Source: Callorhinchus milii (lineage: Eukaryota). Taken from it: a stretch of DNA of 64,000 nt. The position numbers and the translations under genes are program-made. This document shows, piece by piece, positions 23,101 to 31,500 of this stretch; positions within the stretch are counted from its first letter, which is position 1, and each line of letters starts with the position of its first letter. The stretch spans positions 82,524,001-82,588,000 of the forward strand of contig NW_024704743.1 in assembly GCF_018977255.1 (NCBI RefSeq), read 5' to 3'. The notes below the pieces were generated by a model. That model was given only the letters and a program-made list of their open reading frames with translations. It had not been told where the DNA came from and ran no database searches.

Positions 23101-25156
23101 CCTCTTCGACTGTGCCTATGGTGACCTTCTCCCACCCCCTGGCTCGGCATCAGGCTCCACCACTGAGACTCCGTCCGGCATGAAGTTCACTATATAAATG
23201 CAATCCCATGACACTATTCAGAGAGTTTTCCCCAGTATTCCGGCCAACAATCCCCAAAATAAAATTGGCTATTCACTTTATGGCTGTTTGTGGGACATTG
23301 CTATGTGCTGTCGCGTTTGCCAAAATATGCACAGCGACTCCATTTCGCAGTAACTCCTGTAAAGAGCTTCCGACGTGATAAGGCACTATACTAAATGCAA
23401 GGATTATTAGATTATTTACTTTGAAGCACTATGCGAGGTTTGACCTGATAAGGCACTATAGCAAATGCAAAGATTATTTACATATAACCATATTTCACTT
23501 TTGATAAAGACATGTGAACTGATATTATATTTCTCAATAATTACTATAATTTGTAGTGTGTGTACTTCTAGGCAAACACAGCAGCCCTATGCACTAACAA
23601 TGTTCCAGAAAAAGTATGACAATTCATTTGCAAGATTACTATTTAGGACTATCTTAAATTCAGTATATTGCGGGTTTAAATACGATGTCCAAACAAGGTG
23701 GACCCGTGTTATACCAGAAGTGAGTGAGTGTGTCCAGTTTTCTGCTCAGAACTTCCCAGGCGCAGGGAAACTCCACAGTAATCCCAAAAGTAATCACAAG
23801 GCAGAACAGTCAACGGCTGTCCTGCTTCTTACACTGGGCCAGTGGTGCTTGCAGCAATCCTGAAAGTGATTGCGAGGAAGAGCCATCATCTGTGTGTCCG
23901 GGTTGCTGACTTGGTGCAGTGGGGATTCACAATGTCAACCCCAGAATTAATTACAAGTTCCCACAATACAACAACACTCCATTTATGAGGTTTCATTTTC
24001 TGGATCCCAACTACCACATTATAACAGCATCGCATTCATCAGTCATGAGGATCACAGCTACTCCCATCACAGCTCCATATGATTAAAGGGAATGAAAGGT
24101 CTGGGATTTTTTTAAAAAAAAATATTTGCGCACTGGAAATAAGTCATATTTTTTTTAATAAAAAAAGTCTCAGCTAACCAACGCTTCCCTGGGATTGTTG
24201 AGAACCACCACCACCACCCTCCTTCTTCTTCTCAACCAGGAAAAAACTTCATGTAACTCAATTTAACGTAATGGGTGGAGATTCAGAGCCACCCAACCAT
24301 TCACAGCACTCTCACGTGATACCAATGATACCAGTCCTTCCCCACCCCCTCCTGCTCTCAGTCATTGGGGCATCTCCTTTTGCAGTGAAAGTTGGGAGCA
24401 TAGCTGTAGACTGTTATAACAATCCTCGCATTTGATATAGTGCTTTTCACGTCGGGAGGACATCCCAAAGCGCTTCACAGAACAAACTGTAAAGTGAATT
24501 GACTGTATATTTGTGGGCGAACGCGGCAGCCAATTGCGCACAGCAATGTCCCACAAACAGTCGTAGATTAAAAATGACCAATTTATTATTGGTTTTGGTT
24601 TTGGAGGGATTATTATTAGGCGCTGTGTTAGGGAGGGAATTTTCTGCATTTCTTATGTCAGAAAAGCTGAACTCATCTCATTTCTGAAACACGAAAGTGA
24701 ACGAAAGCTCACTCGAAGTTTCAAGAACTTTTACTATTTATTAAGGTGAAATAGTGAAGGAGACTCATCACAACTCCTCACCCCCCCCCCCCCAAAAAAA
24801 AAACCCCAGTGCTCTTAGCCTTGGGAGCAGAAAGTGAACCCACAACACCTCTCTTTCTCCCCTTCCCTCCCCCATCACCCCCAACCCCTCCCTCCCTCCC
24901 TCCCTCTCTCTCTCTGCCTCCCCTCCTCGAGCCTTCCCTTCCTGTCCTCCCGACAACGAAGGGCGCTGTACAAGTGTAAATAATTGCTGTTGGGAGAAAA
25001 AGCTGCGGCCCGGCCCTCGGGCCCGGCTCTGCCGCCGTTACTCACTCTCTCCTGTCGGCTTCTCTTGCCGCACGGGGTGGGGCCGCCGCTCTTGGGCAGG
25101 GAGATGAATTCCGAGCTGCAGTCCAAGCGGACAGACCCGCTCCTCAGCATCACCAT
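829..25156 (-). CDS. ATAD2: ATPase family AAA domain-containing protein 2, 5' part (coding exons 1-14 as spliced span; gene continues left of the window)
   Basis: 14 GT-AG exons splice into MVMLRS...GRHFTR...[10 protein letters not shown]...[10 protein letters not shown]...GPPGTGKT (Walker A)...IIFFDEVD (Walker B)...[12 protein letters not shown] (second region of homology). N-terminus and synteny with NTAQ1/FBXO32 favour ATAD2 over ATAD2B. One 1-nt frameshift in exon 4. Confidence 0.96.
1326..1414 (-). CDS. ATAD2: ATAD2 exon 13 (Walker B)
   Basis: tttaag|GCC TAC...CAT AG|gtatgt; [29 protein letters not shown]; 89 bp. Confidence 0.97.
1880..3487 (+). mobile_element. 5'-truncated, frameshifted L2-clade LINE (RT domain to 3' tail)
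   Basis: [40 protein letters not shown] and [10 protein letters not shown] motifs across frames; pyrimidine-rich 3' UTR, terminal stem-loop and (GTT)n tail. Confidence 0.92.
4129..4303 (-). CDS. ATAD2: ATAD2 exon 12 (Walker A)
   Basis: ttttag|G GGT TGC...GAT CAG|gtaact; [58 protein letters not shown]; 175 bp. Confidence 0.97.
5109..5224 (-). CDS. ATAD2: ATAD2 exon 11
   Basis: ttttag|GTC CGT...CCA AG|gtatgg; [38 protein letters not shown]; 116 bp. Confidence 0.97.
5622..5947 (-). mobile_element. tRNA-Ala-headed SINE, full-length short variant
   Basis: Near-identical reverse complement of the 49741-50066 copy; A/B boxes, L2-like stem-loop, (ATT)n tail. Confidence 0.9.
6352..6655 (-). mobile_element. 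tRNA-Ala-headed SINE copy
   Basis: Same head (GTGGAGTCCTRTAGCTCAGTGGTTAGA) and tail (ATATCAAATGCAAGGATTA) as other copies. Confidence 0.88.
6914..7022 (-). CDS. ATAD2: ATAD2 exon 10
   Basis: ttctag|A TGT CTT...ACT TCT|gtaagt; [36 protein letters not shown]; 109 bp. Confidence 0.96.
7114..7626. mobile_element. MITE-like element with ~150-bp terminal inverted repeats, probably Tc1/mariner type
   Basis: Arms 7114-7265 and 7473-7626 are reverse complements (33-bp perfect match 7233-7265 vs 7473-7505); termini CA(A/G)TAAA; TA on both flanks. Confidence 0.7.
9482..9851 (+). mobile_element. tRNA-headed SINE, long variant
   Basis: TAGCTCAGTGG and GTTCGATTCC boxes; extra central block GCCTCTGTTTACYTAGCAGTAAGTAGGAA; shared 3' tail. 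Confidence 0.85.
13117..13248 (-). CDS. ATAD2: ATAD2 exon 9 (Ser-rich)
   Basis: ttacag|A CGG AGA...TTG AG|gtaaat; [43 protein letters not shown]; 132 bp. Confidence 0.95.
14099..14213 (-). CDS. ATAD2: ATAD2 exon 8
   Basis: tgccag|AA CCT CAA...AAT AG|gtttgg; [37 protein letters not shown]; 115 bp; phases match both neighbours. Confidence 0.93.
14947..15072 (-). CDS. ATAD2: ATAD2 exon 7 (acidic tract)
   Basis: ttatag|AG TCA TCT...GAA G|gtacaa; [41 protein letters not shown]; 126 bp. Confidence 0.94.
15760..16510 (+). mobile_element. Old degenerate CR1-clade ORF2 fragment
   Basis: Residual peptides [22 protein letters not shown] and FASVFT typical of the CR1 endonuclease-RT linker; boundaries approximate. 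Confidence 0.6.
17115..17205 (-). CDS. ATAD2: ATAD2 exon 6
   Basis: ttaaag|GGA AAT...GCT G|gtaggt; [30 protein letters not shown]; 91 bp; phase 0 in, phase 1 out as required. Confidence 0.88.
17608..17740 (-). CDS. ATAD2: ATAD2 exon 5
   Basis: ttgcag|C ACT GCA...GAA GAA|gtaagt; [32 protein letters not shown] followed by 12 Glu; 133 bp. Confidence 0.94.
17881..18057 (-). CDS. ATAD2: ATAD2 exon 4 (1-nt frameshift near its 3' end as assembled)
   Basis: cttcag|AG AAC...ACA AA|gtaaga; [52 protein letters not shown], then FDKLIT only if one T is added at 17898-17901; 177 bp seen, 178 needed for phase. Confidence 0.9.
18183..18229 (-). CDS. ATAD2: ATAD2 exon 3
   Basis: atgcag|G CAA TCA...CCA G|gtaaag; [15 protein letters not shown]; 47 bp; phase 2 in and phase 1 out fit exons 2 and 4. 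Confidence 0.8.
18917..19759 (+). mobile_element. Young 5'-truncated L2 LINE 3' fragment
   Basis: Nearly colinear with 2707-3487; two copies of the 45-bp 3' UTR unit; (GTT)n tail. Confidence 0.92.
20568..20710 (-). CDS. ATAD2: ATAD2 exon 2
   Basis: ttacag|AGT ATA...ACC AG|gtagac; [47 protein letters not shown]; 143 bp. Confidence 0.88.
21000..22125 (-). mobile_element. Older L2 LINE fragment (RT to 3' end)
   Basis: [34 protein letters not shown] and [13 protein letters not shown] in shifted frames. Confidence 0.88.
22330..23410 (+). mobile_element. Deu-domain-type SINE interrupted by two L2 fragments (22538-22847 minus, 22850-23203 plus)
   Basis: tRNA-like head, ACTCCAATGCAGTG...CCCGTCTGCC...CAGGTGGAC core, resuming ATCCCATGACACTATT...GCTGTTTGTGGGAC...AAATGCAAGGATTATTA after the insert; family name from recalled consensus. 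Confidence 0.72.
24415..24628 (-). mobile_element. 5'-truncated copy of the young SINE
   Basis: Near-identical to the 3' 210 bp of 49741-50066. Confidence 0.88.
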
Positions 25157-25810
25157 CTCCCCAGGTCTCGGCCCGGCTTCGGTTCAGCTCCAGCCACTCA
25201 TTTGCCGCCGGGGTGGGGGGGGGGGGGGGTGCTACCAGGTCGAGGACGGGTCCCTCGCGGTGAGGTACTGGCTGGTCAGTCCCGCCCGGGGCCTTGCCTT
25301 GCGCTCGCTGTCGTGTCGCCCGGGAGTGGGGGGGTCGGGGGGGGGTCGGGGCGGCCGTTAGCTGTCGTCGGCCGCCGTCTCCCGGGAGCCCGCGCGCGGC
25401 CGCCGCCGTTTAGAATCTTCAGTTCAAAATGGACCAACGGCAAAACGCTCCGGCGCCACGAGGTTTCCCACGCTCGGCTCAGCGCTCACTGTCTCCCTCC
25501 GCGGGTCAGAGAAAAACAACAATTCGCCGGATCTCTTTCTCTCCCCCCCCCACTCCCCTCTGTCCTGTTCTCAGCCGCACTATTTTTTCGCAGATGTATC
25601 CATTAAAAAGATACGTTTCCAACCCCCTAAAGCGGGTGTGTGTGTGTAATGTATACACTGTGAAGGGGGGGGGTGTGGGGGGTTTGTCGGGAGAACGCCA
25701 ACCGAGTCGCCAGCAGTCGGCCAATCAGGATGCGGCGCCGGGGTTCTGGATGAGGTCACGGGCAGTGGGCGGGGCTGTGGTTGGCGGGAAGGACAGGGCC
25801 GCGGGGAGTT
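24990..25810 (-). promoter_or_regulatory. CpG island / ATAD2 promoter with cell-cycle-type motifs
   Basis: CpG-dense; TTTGAA (CHR-like, minus strand, 25423-25428), CCAAT 25721-25725, GC box 25767-25774, E2F-like TTGGCGGGAA 25781-25790. Confidence 0.7.
25046..25156 (-). CDS. ATAD2: ATAD2 first coding exon
   Basis: ATG at 25156 in a CpG island; [37 protein letters not shown]|gtgagt; 111 bp, phase 0. Confidence 0.9.
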
Positions 25811-26011
25811 AAACACAACACACTGCAGATGCTGCAAATCTGACAGCAATGACCAGAAGTCGCCGGGAACCCTCAGCGGGTCAGGCAGCACCTACCGGAG
25901 ACAGGAAAGCGAGTCAACGTTTCGGGTCCACGACCCCGACGAAATGTTGACTCGCTTTCTTTTCTCCCATAGATGCTCCTTGACCCGCTGAGGGTTCCCA
26001 GCGACTTCTGG
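25811..26011. repeat. Inverted repeat derived from a Penelope-like terminal repeat
   Basis: 72-bp arms 25853-25924 and 25940-26011; CTCAGCGGGTCAGGCAGCA...GTCAACGTTTCG resembles the common chondrichthyan Penelope-type repeat (recalled). Confidence 0.7.
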
Positions 26012-26178
26012 CCCTGGAGAGCGAGAGGGCTCGCATCCCCTTCCTTCCCACACCCTCAAGGTATCCCTGTGTCCCGGCTAAATTAGTTAGTAGAAAAATA
26101 TACAGAGAACCTATCGCCCTAATTATATTATACCATGCTTAATAGTATCCAAACCACAGAGGCTGGTGCAGGAGAGGG

Positions 26179-27125
26179 CAACAAGATTGCATTTATGGAG
26201 CGCCTTTCACGTAGGGAGGACATCCCAAGGCGATGGACAGTTGGGTCAGGACCCGAGCAGGGGGGAAATGGTCAGGGTGAGGGAAGGGAGGGAGCGAGGA
26301 GGAGGTAGAGAGTCGAGAGGGGAGCTGAAGGCACGGTCAAAGAGAAAGGTCTTGAGACCGGCCTTGAAGGAGGAAAGGGAGGAGGCGGCGAAGGCACTGG
26401 GGGATAGAGTTCCAGAGCCTCGGGGCTGAGAGGCTGAAGGCCCGGCCACCGATGGTAGGGCGGTTGGGGCGGGGGATGTGGAGCAGACCGGAGCCAGAGG
26501 AACGGAGGGTACGGGCAGGGATAGTAGGTCGGAGAGGTAGGAGGGAGCGAGGCCATGAATGGCTTTGTAGGTGAGGATGAGGATCTTGAATTCGATCCTC
26601 TGGGGGATGGGGAGCCAGTGGAGGCGAGCGAGGGTGGGAGTGATGTGGTCCCGAAGCCTGGTGCGGGACAGTACACGAGCTGCAGAGTTCTGAATGACCT
26701 GCAGCTTGTGGAGGGAGGTGCCGGGAAGGCCGGCGAGGAGAGAGTTCCCATAGTCCAGCCTTGAGGTGATAAAGGCGTGGACCAGGGTTTCAGCAGCGGA
26801 GATGGTGGAAGGCGGTGCCAGTTGTGCGGATATGAGGAAGAAAGGACAGCTCAGGGTCGAACAGAACGCCGAGGTTCCTGACTGGCTTTGAGAGGTGGAG
26901 AGTGCAGCCTTGGATGCTGATGGTGTCGGCGCCTGAGGTGCGGAGGCGCTGACGTGAGCCAATCAGGAGGACCTCGGTTTTTCGCACGTTGAGCTGAAGA
27001 AAGTTGTCTCTCGTCCAGGACTCGATGTCAGACAGACAGGCTGTCAGGACATCGGTGGTCGTGGAGTTGAGGGTAGAGGAGGAAAGGTAGAGTTGGGTGT
27101 CATCCGCATACATGTGGAAGTTAAC
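26179..27125 (-). mobile_element. Young 5'-truncated L2 LINE between the two promoters
   Basis: [12 protein letters not shown]...[16 protein letters not shown]...[15 protein letters not shown]; reverse complement of the 2496-3487 sequence with small internal deletions. Confidence 0.92.
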
Positions 27126-27445
27126 AAGTGCAAGATTTTTTTTAAATATTACTTTAGGTCAACGGTCAATTCGCTTTGCAGTATATTCTTTGAGGCGCCT
27201 CAAGACGTGATCAAGCGCGAGGTCAAGTGCAAGGATTATTATTATCATCCAAACGCTTTTTTTTTATATTTTCCTTTTTTTAAAAAAAAAGCACAAGTCG
27301 CTCGGGCTTTCCCCGCTCTGCGGCGGGTGCTGGCCGGTCAGCTGGGGATTGGCCCCGGATGAGAGGGAGGACCGTGAACTCGAGCCGTTTTAAAGTGAAA
27401 AACAGGCAGCTGGAAAAGTGACACCAACCGCACCTGCTGCCCTTT

Positions 27446-27536
27446 TTGTCGTTGTTGCTGCTGCTGCTGTTGTCGTTGTTGTGGTCGTTGTTGTTGCTGC
27501 TGTTGTCGTTGTTGTCGTCGTTGTTGTTGTTGTTGA

Positions 27537-27574
<38 letters not shown>

Positions 27575-27578
27575 CTGC

Positions 27579-27616
<38 letters not shown>

Positions 27617-27712
27617 CTGCTGCTGTTGTTGTTGTTGCTGCTGTTGTCGTTGTCGCTGCTGTTGTTGCTGCTGTTGTCGTTGTTGTTGTCGCTACTGCTG
27701 TTGTTGCTGTTG
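27446..27712. repeat. Compound trinucleotide microsatellite (GTT/GCT/GTC)n, ~265 bp
   Basis: Directly visible uninterrupted triplet phase. Confidence 0.97.
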
Positions 27713-27719
27713 CACTCTC

Positions 27720-28580
27720 AACCTTCTGCCCCGCCCCTCACCCCCCCTCCATTGTGACGTCACCGGGTCCCGCTGCCGCTGATTCCCGCGAGGTGGGTGG
27801 GGTGAGGTGGGTGAGGTGGGGGGGGAATATTCATGCGGTGACACACACACACACACACACCCACGGGTGCAACCGTCCTGCTGCTCCCCCTCTCTCCTTT
27901 CCCTTTCGACGGGTTCCCACCGCGGTCCCGCCTGGACCGGGGCAGCTCCCGGCCGCCGCTTCTTGGCTTTCCTTTTCGAAAATTTTTTTTTTCCCTTTTC
28001 TTCTTCCTGTGAACAAGTTTCCCGTCGAGAGGGAATTTGAATTTTCTTTTTTTTTTCTTCTTCCTTTTCTGGTTTACCATGAGCGCGTCAACCGTCGCCG
28101 GGGGCCGTCAGTCAGCTCTGGTGAGGGGGGACTGCGCCTACACCCGCTGCTATTGGTAAGGGAGTGGCTGCTGATGTTGTTGTTGTTGTTGTTGTTGGGG
28201 GGGGAAAGGCTCAAACATCTAAGTCAATGCGGTTTTTTTTTTCTAATGGGGTTCGGCCACACCATCGATCAAAAAAAAACGATTACCCGGCACCGGCCGC
28301 GCACTGCCAAACCGCCACCAGAGAATCGCGGAATCGTGCAGCACAGAAGGAGGCCATTCGGCCCATCGGGTCCGTGCCGGCTCTTTGAAAAGAGCTGTTC
28401 CGATTCAGTCCCACTTCCCCGCGCCGCCGCCGCCGCGCTCTCCTCGTAGACCTGCAAACTTGTCCTTCCCAACGACCGCCACCTTGCATTTATATAGTGC
28501 CCTTCGCGCAGGGCAGCGTCTCACAGCACTTAACCGTGATGGGGTCTTGACGCCGAGCCGGGAGGGAGGAGGTGACCGAA
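27720..28580 (+). promoter_or_regulatory. CpG island / NTAQ1 promoter and first exon region
   Basis: GC box 27729-27737, perfect CRE TGACGTCA 27755-27762, TTCCCGCG 27783-27790, CpG-dense through exon 1. Confidence 0.7.
28079..28155 (+). CDS. NTAQ1: NTAQ1 exon 1
   Basis: acc[30 protein letters not shown]|gtaagg. Confidence 0.92.
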
Positions 28581-31500
28581 AGCATGGTCGAAGAAGAAGG
28601 TGTTCAAAGCGCTTCACAGAATATTCTGTAAAGTGAATTGACTCTATTAGAGCTCCTGGCAATTGCGCACAGCAGTGTACAATAAATGCTGTGGAGTGAG
28701 TGAGCACATTTTTAAAAAAACGATTGCTACCCTCAGAAAAGTGATCCGCTAATCACCTAACAACTGGGTTCCTACTTACTGCTGGGTAATAAACAGAAGC
28801 AAACTTGCCTCACGTGTCGCCCTGGCTGGAAATCAAACCTGGGTCCTCTCCCTCGCGAGTCGAGTACTCTAATAGACAGTTAGTTCACTTCACAGTATAT
28901 TCTGTGAAGCGTTTTGAGACATCTCGAAGATATGATAAGGTGCTATATCAAATGTAAGGATAATTAATATTATTAGGAATTATTACAAATATAGAATTAC
29001 TGCGATTGTATTGCACCAAAACAGACCATTTGGCCTATCTAGTCTGTGCTGATGTTAACAATCCATGTAATAATCCTTGCATTTGATATAACACCTTATC
29101 ACATCTTCGAGACGTCTCAAAGTGTTTCACAGAATATACTGTAAAGTGAATTGACTGCATATTTTATGGATGAAATGCAAATGCGCACAGCAGTGTCCCA
29201 CAAATAGTTGTGGATTGAAGTGACCAATTTATTATTTTTTGTAAGGAAATATTACCCCCGAAATCAACTAACAACCGGGTTCCTACCTAATGCTAGGTAG
29301 ACAGAGGCGTGTGGAGTAAGGAAACTTGCCCAACATTTCGCTCTGCCGGGATTCGAACCCAGGTCTTTCACTTGTGAGGCAAGTGCTCTAACCACTGAGC
29401 TACAGAACTCCACATAAGTCCTTACCCATTCCTAATCCCTTCTCTATACCCCTCAATTCCCTTCTCCTATATCTCAAGCAAGAGGTCTAGAAGATGAGAG
29501 AAGTTCTCCAGCTCCTCCACATCTGTTCCAACAATTTTTGGAGGCACTGATGGGTTGTGTCACTTAAGACAATATACATCCAGCACATCACCTATCCTTT
29601 GCTTTAACCACATAGTCTCTCTCCTCTCTATTCCACCTCCTCAATACAATAGGCAATATCATGGCTTTCTAAGCCTGGAACACACTGCAGTCAATGATAA
29701 AAGAATGATATAGAGAAACCAGAAATTAACACTATTTGGATAAATGCCTTCCAGAGGCTTCGGTCAAAACATTAGCAATGGTTATAAGGATTGTATGTAG
29801 GAAGAACCAGAAACAAACATAATCAGCATAAATACTCAAAAGCTAAACTTGGAAGAAAATCATTTTTAAAAAGGGAGCTTCATTTTAACGGTATAGTCTA
29901 AATTTTAAAAATTGCTTTTGCCCACAAAATATGCAGTCTATTCACTTGGCAATATATTCCGTGAAGCACTTTGAGACGTCTCGAAGACGCAATGAGGTGC
30001 GATATCAAATGCAAGAATTATTATTATTTTGTAATAATATCCTCAAAAAAGTTTACAACGATAGCAGTTACTTGAGAATGGACTCTCCACCCAGTGCCTA
30101 GACGTAGACACATTATTTAGATGGCGGCTTAATCTGCAGATAGGAAAGCATTCAATTCCTCGGCATTGAAAAGTCTTGACAAGCCAGACAGAAATCACAC
30201 AAATTGAGGTAGAACCTTACTCAATGTGGTTTAATTTCAGGGAATCAGTGCTGCCCAAACCAACCCCCACATGTTCACCATTTTCACTGTTTTATTGTGA
30301 CAAGTGGTTTCTTGTGTGTCAATTAAATAGGTTTCCCTTTGCACCAAATGACCCAACTAAAAGTTCCACCTGAATCGACCGATGATAGCATCATAAACTC
30401 AATCTGAATTTATTTCACTGCAAACAAAGTAAACTATAGTTTGCAATCCAAATCACTTGGAGCAATCAATGTGGCAGTGAGTTTCACTGTGTATATGTTA
30501 CCACCCCAGTCCACCAATTGGGGGTAAGAGTCAAAATGTAGATAGACTGGGACTTTGCACTAAAATTAATTTCACAATATCACAAAGACGAAGAGTGTAT
30601 GATTAATACCTGTAACTGTTACACAGAGTAACTGAGGATCCGAGCAATGCATCCTATTACCGGCACACAATTATATAGTTGCTGTGATGTTTTAAAATAA
30701 AAGGCTACTTTGTATTTTGACATTAGACTTGAAAAGGTGTCAAATGCTTTTACAAAGACTCAAATCTGACCTAATAAAACCTGTTTTTCAGTGAAGAAAA
30801 TGTTTGGAAGCTTTGTGAGTACATAAACGACCACGAACAGCTTTCTTTGAAGGAGTTCTTTACTGTTTTTATATCAAATGATCAAAAGATGGTAAGAGAT
30901 TATATATACTTTCCTATAATATCTGAGTTATAAGCAAAAGCATAGTTTTGCCAGACAGTATTTTGTACATTAAGATTTAATTTAAGAATTTATTTCTCTT
31001 ATCTAGAGATATTAAGTCTTGGACATCAAAAGTTTGATTCTTGTTCTGCATTTACTGTTGCCCTCTGTTTAGTGCGCATTGCAGAAGATGTCAGAGCTGA
31101 GACTAATTGCTCCCTATCTGGCTGCCACACACATACACACGATCAACAGGACTAAGAAAGGAAATTGATATTAACTTGCTTAACCTGGCAAAAGCAAGGG
31201 TCAATTTAGCCTGCCCGTTGCACAAATAAGCGCTGCTCACACCATTTCCTTTGCAGAATTTCAGGCCTCATATTTGAGCTTGGACAAGAAACCGGGCTTC
31301 ACCCAACATCCATAAATACATCAACCTCCAGCAAGGAGAGTAATCAAGAGCAGAAAGCTTGATTTGAAATGTTCCCCTCCGTAGCATAGGAATCTGAGGC
31401 CAATTATAATTCTGTAAATTGCTTTGAGATTTTTTTAAAAAAGTGCTTTAAGACATTTTGACTTGTGGAGCACCATAAAAATGCAAGCTCTATCTTTCTG

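Noticed and set aside
829..25156. ATAD2B, or an ATAD2 pseudogene
   Set aside because: N-terminus and synteny fit ATAD2; only one lesion, in a homopolymer, with all splice sites and ATPase motifs intact
25915..25945. Active hammerhead ribozyme
   Set aside because: Stem II and GAAA are present but no CUGANGA core is found on either strand at this site
27418..28449. 343-aa Val/Ala-rich ORF and overlapping poly-Leu ORF
   Set aside because: Produced by a stop-free triplet repeat and GC-rich promoter DNA; non-ATG start; overlaps true NTAQ1 exon 1 in another frame
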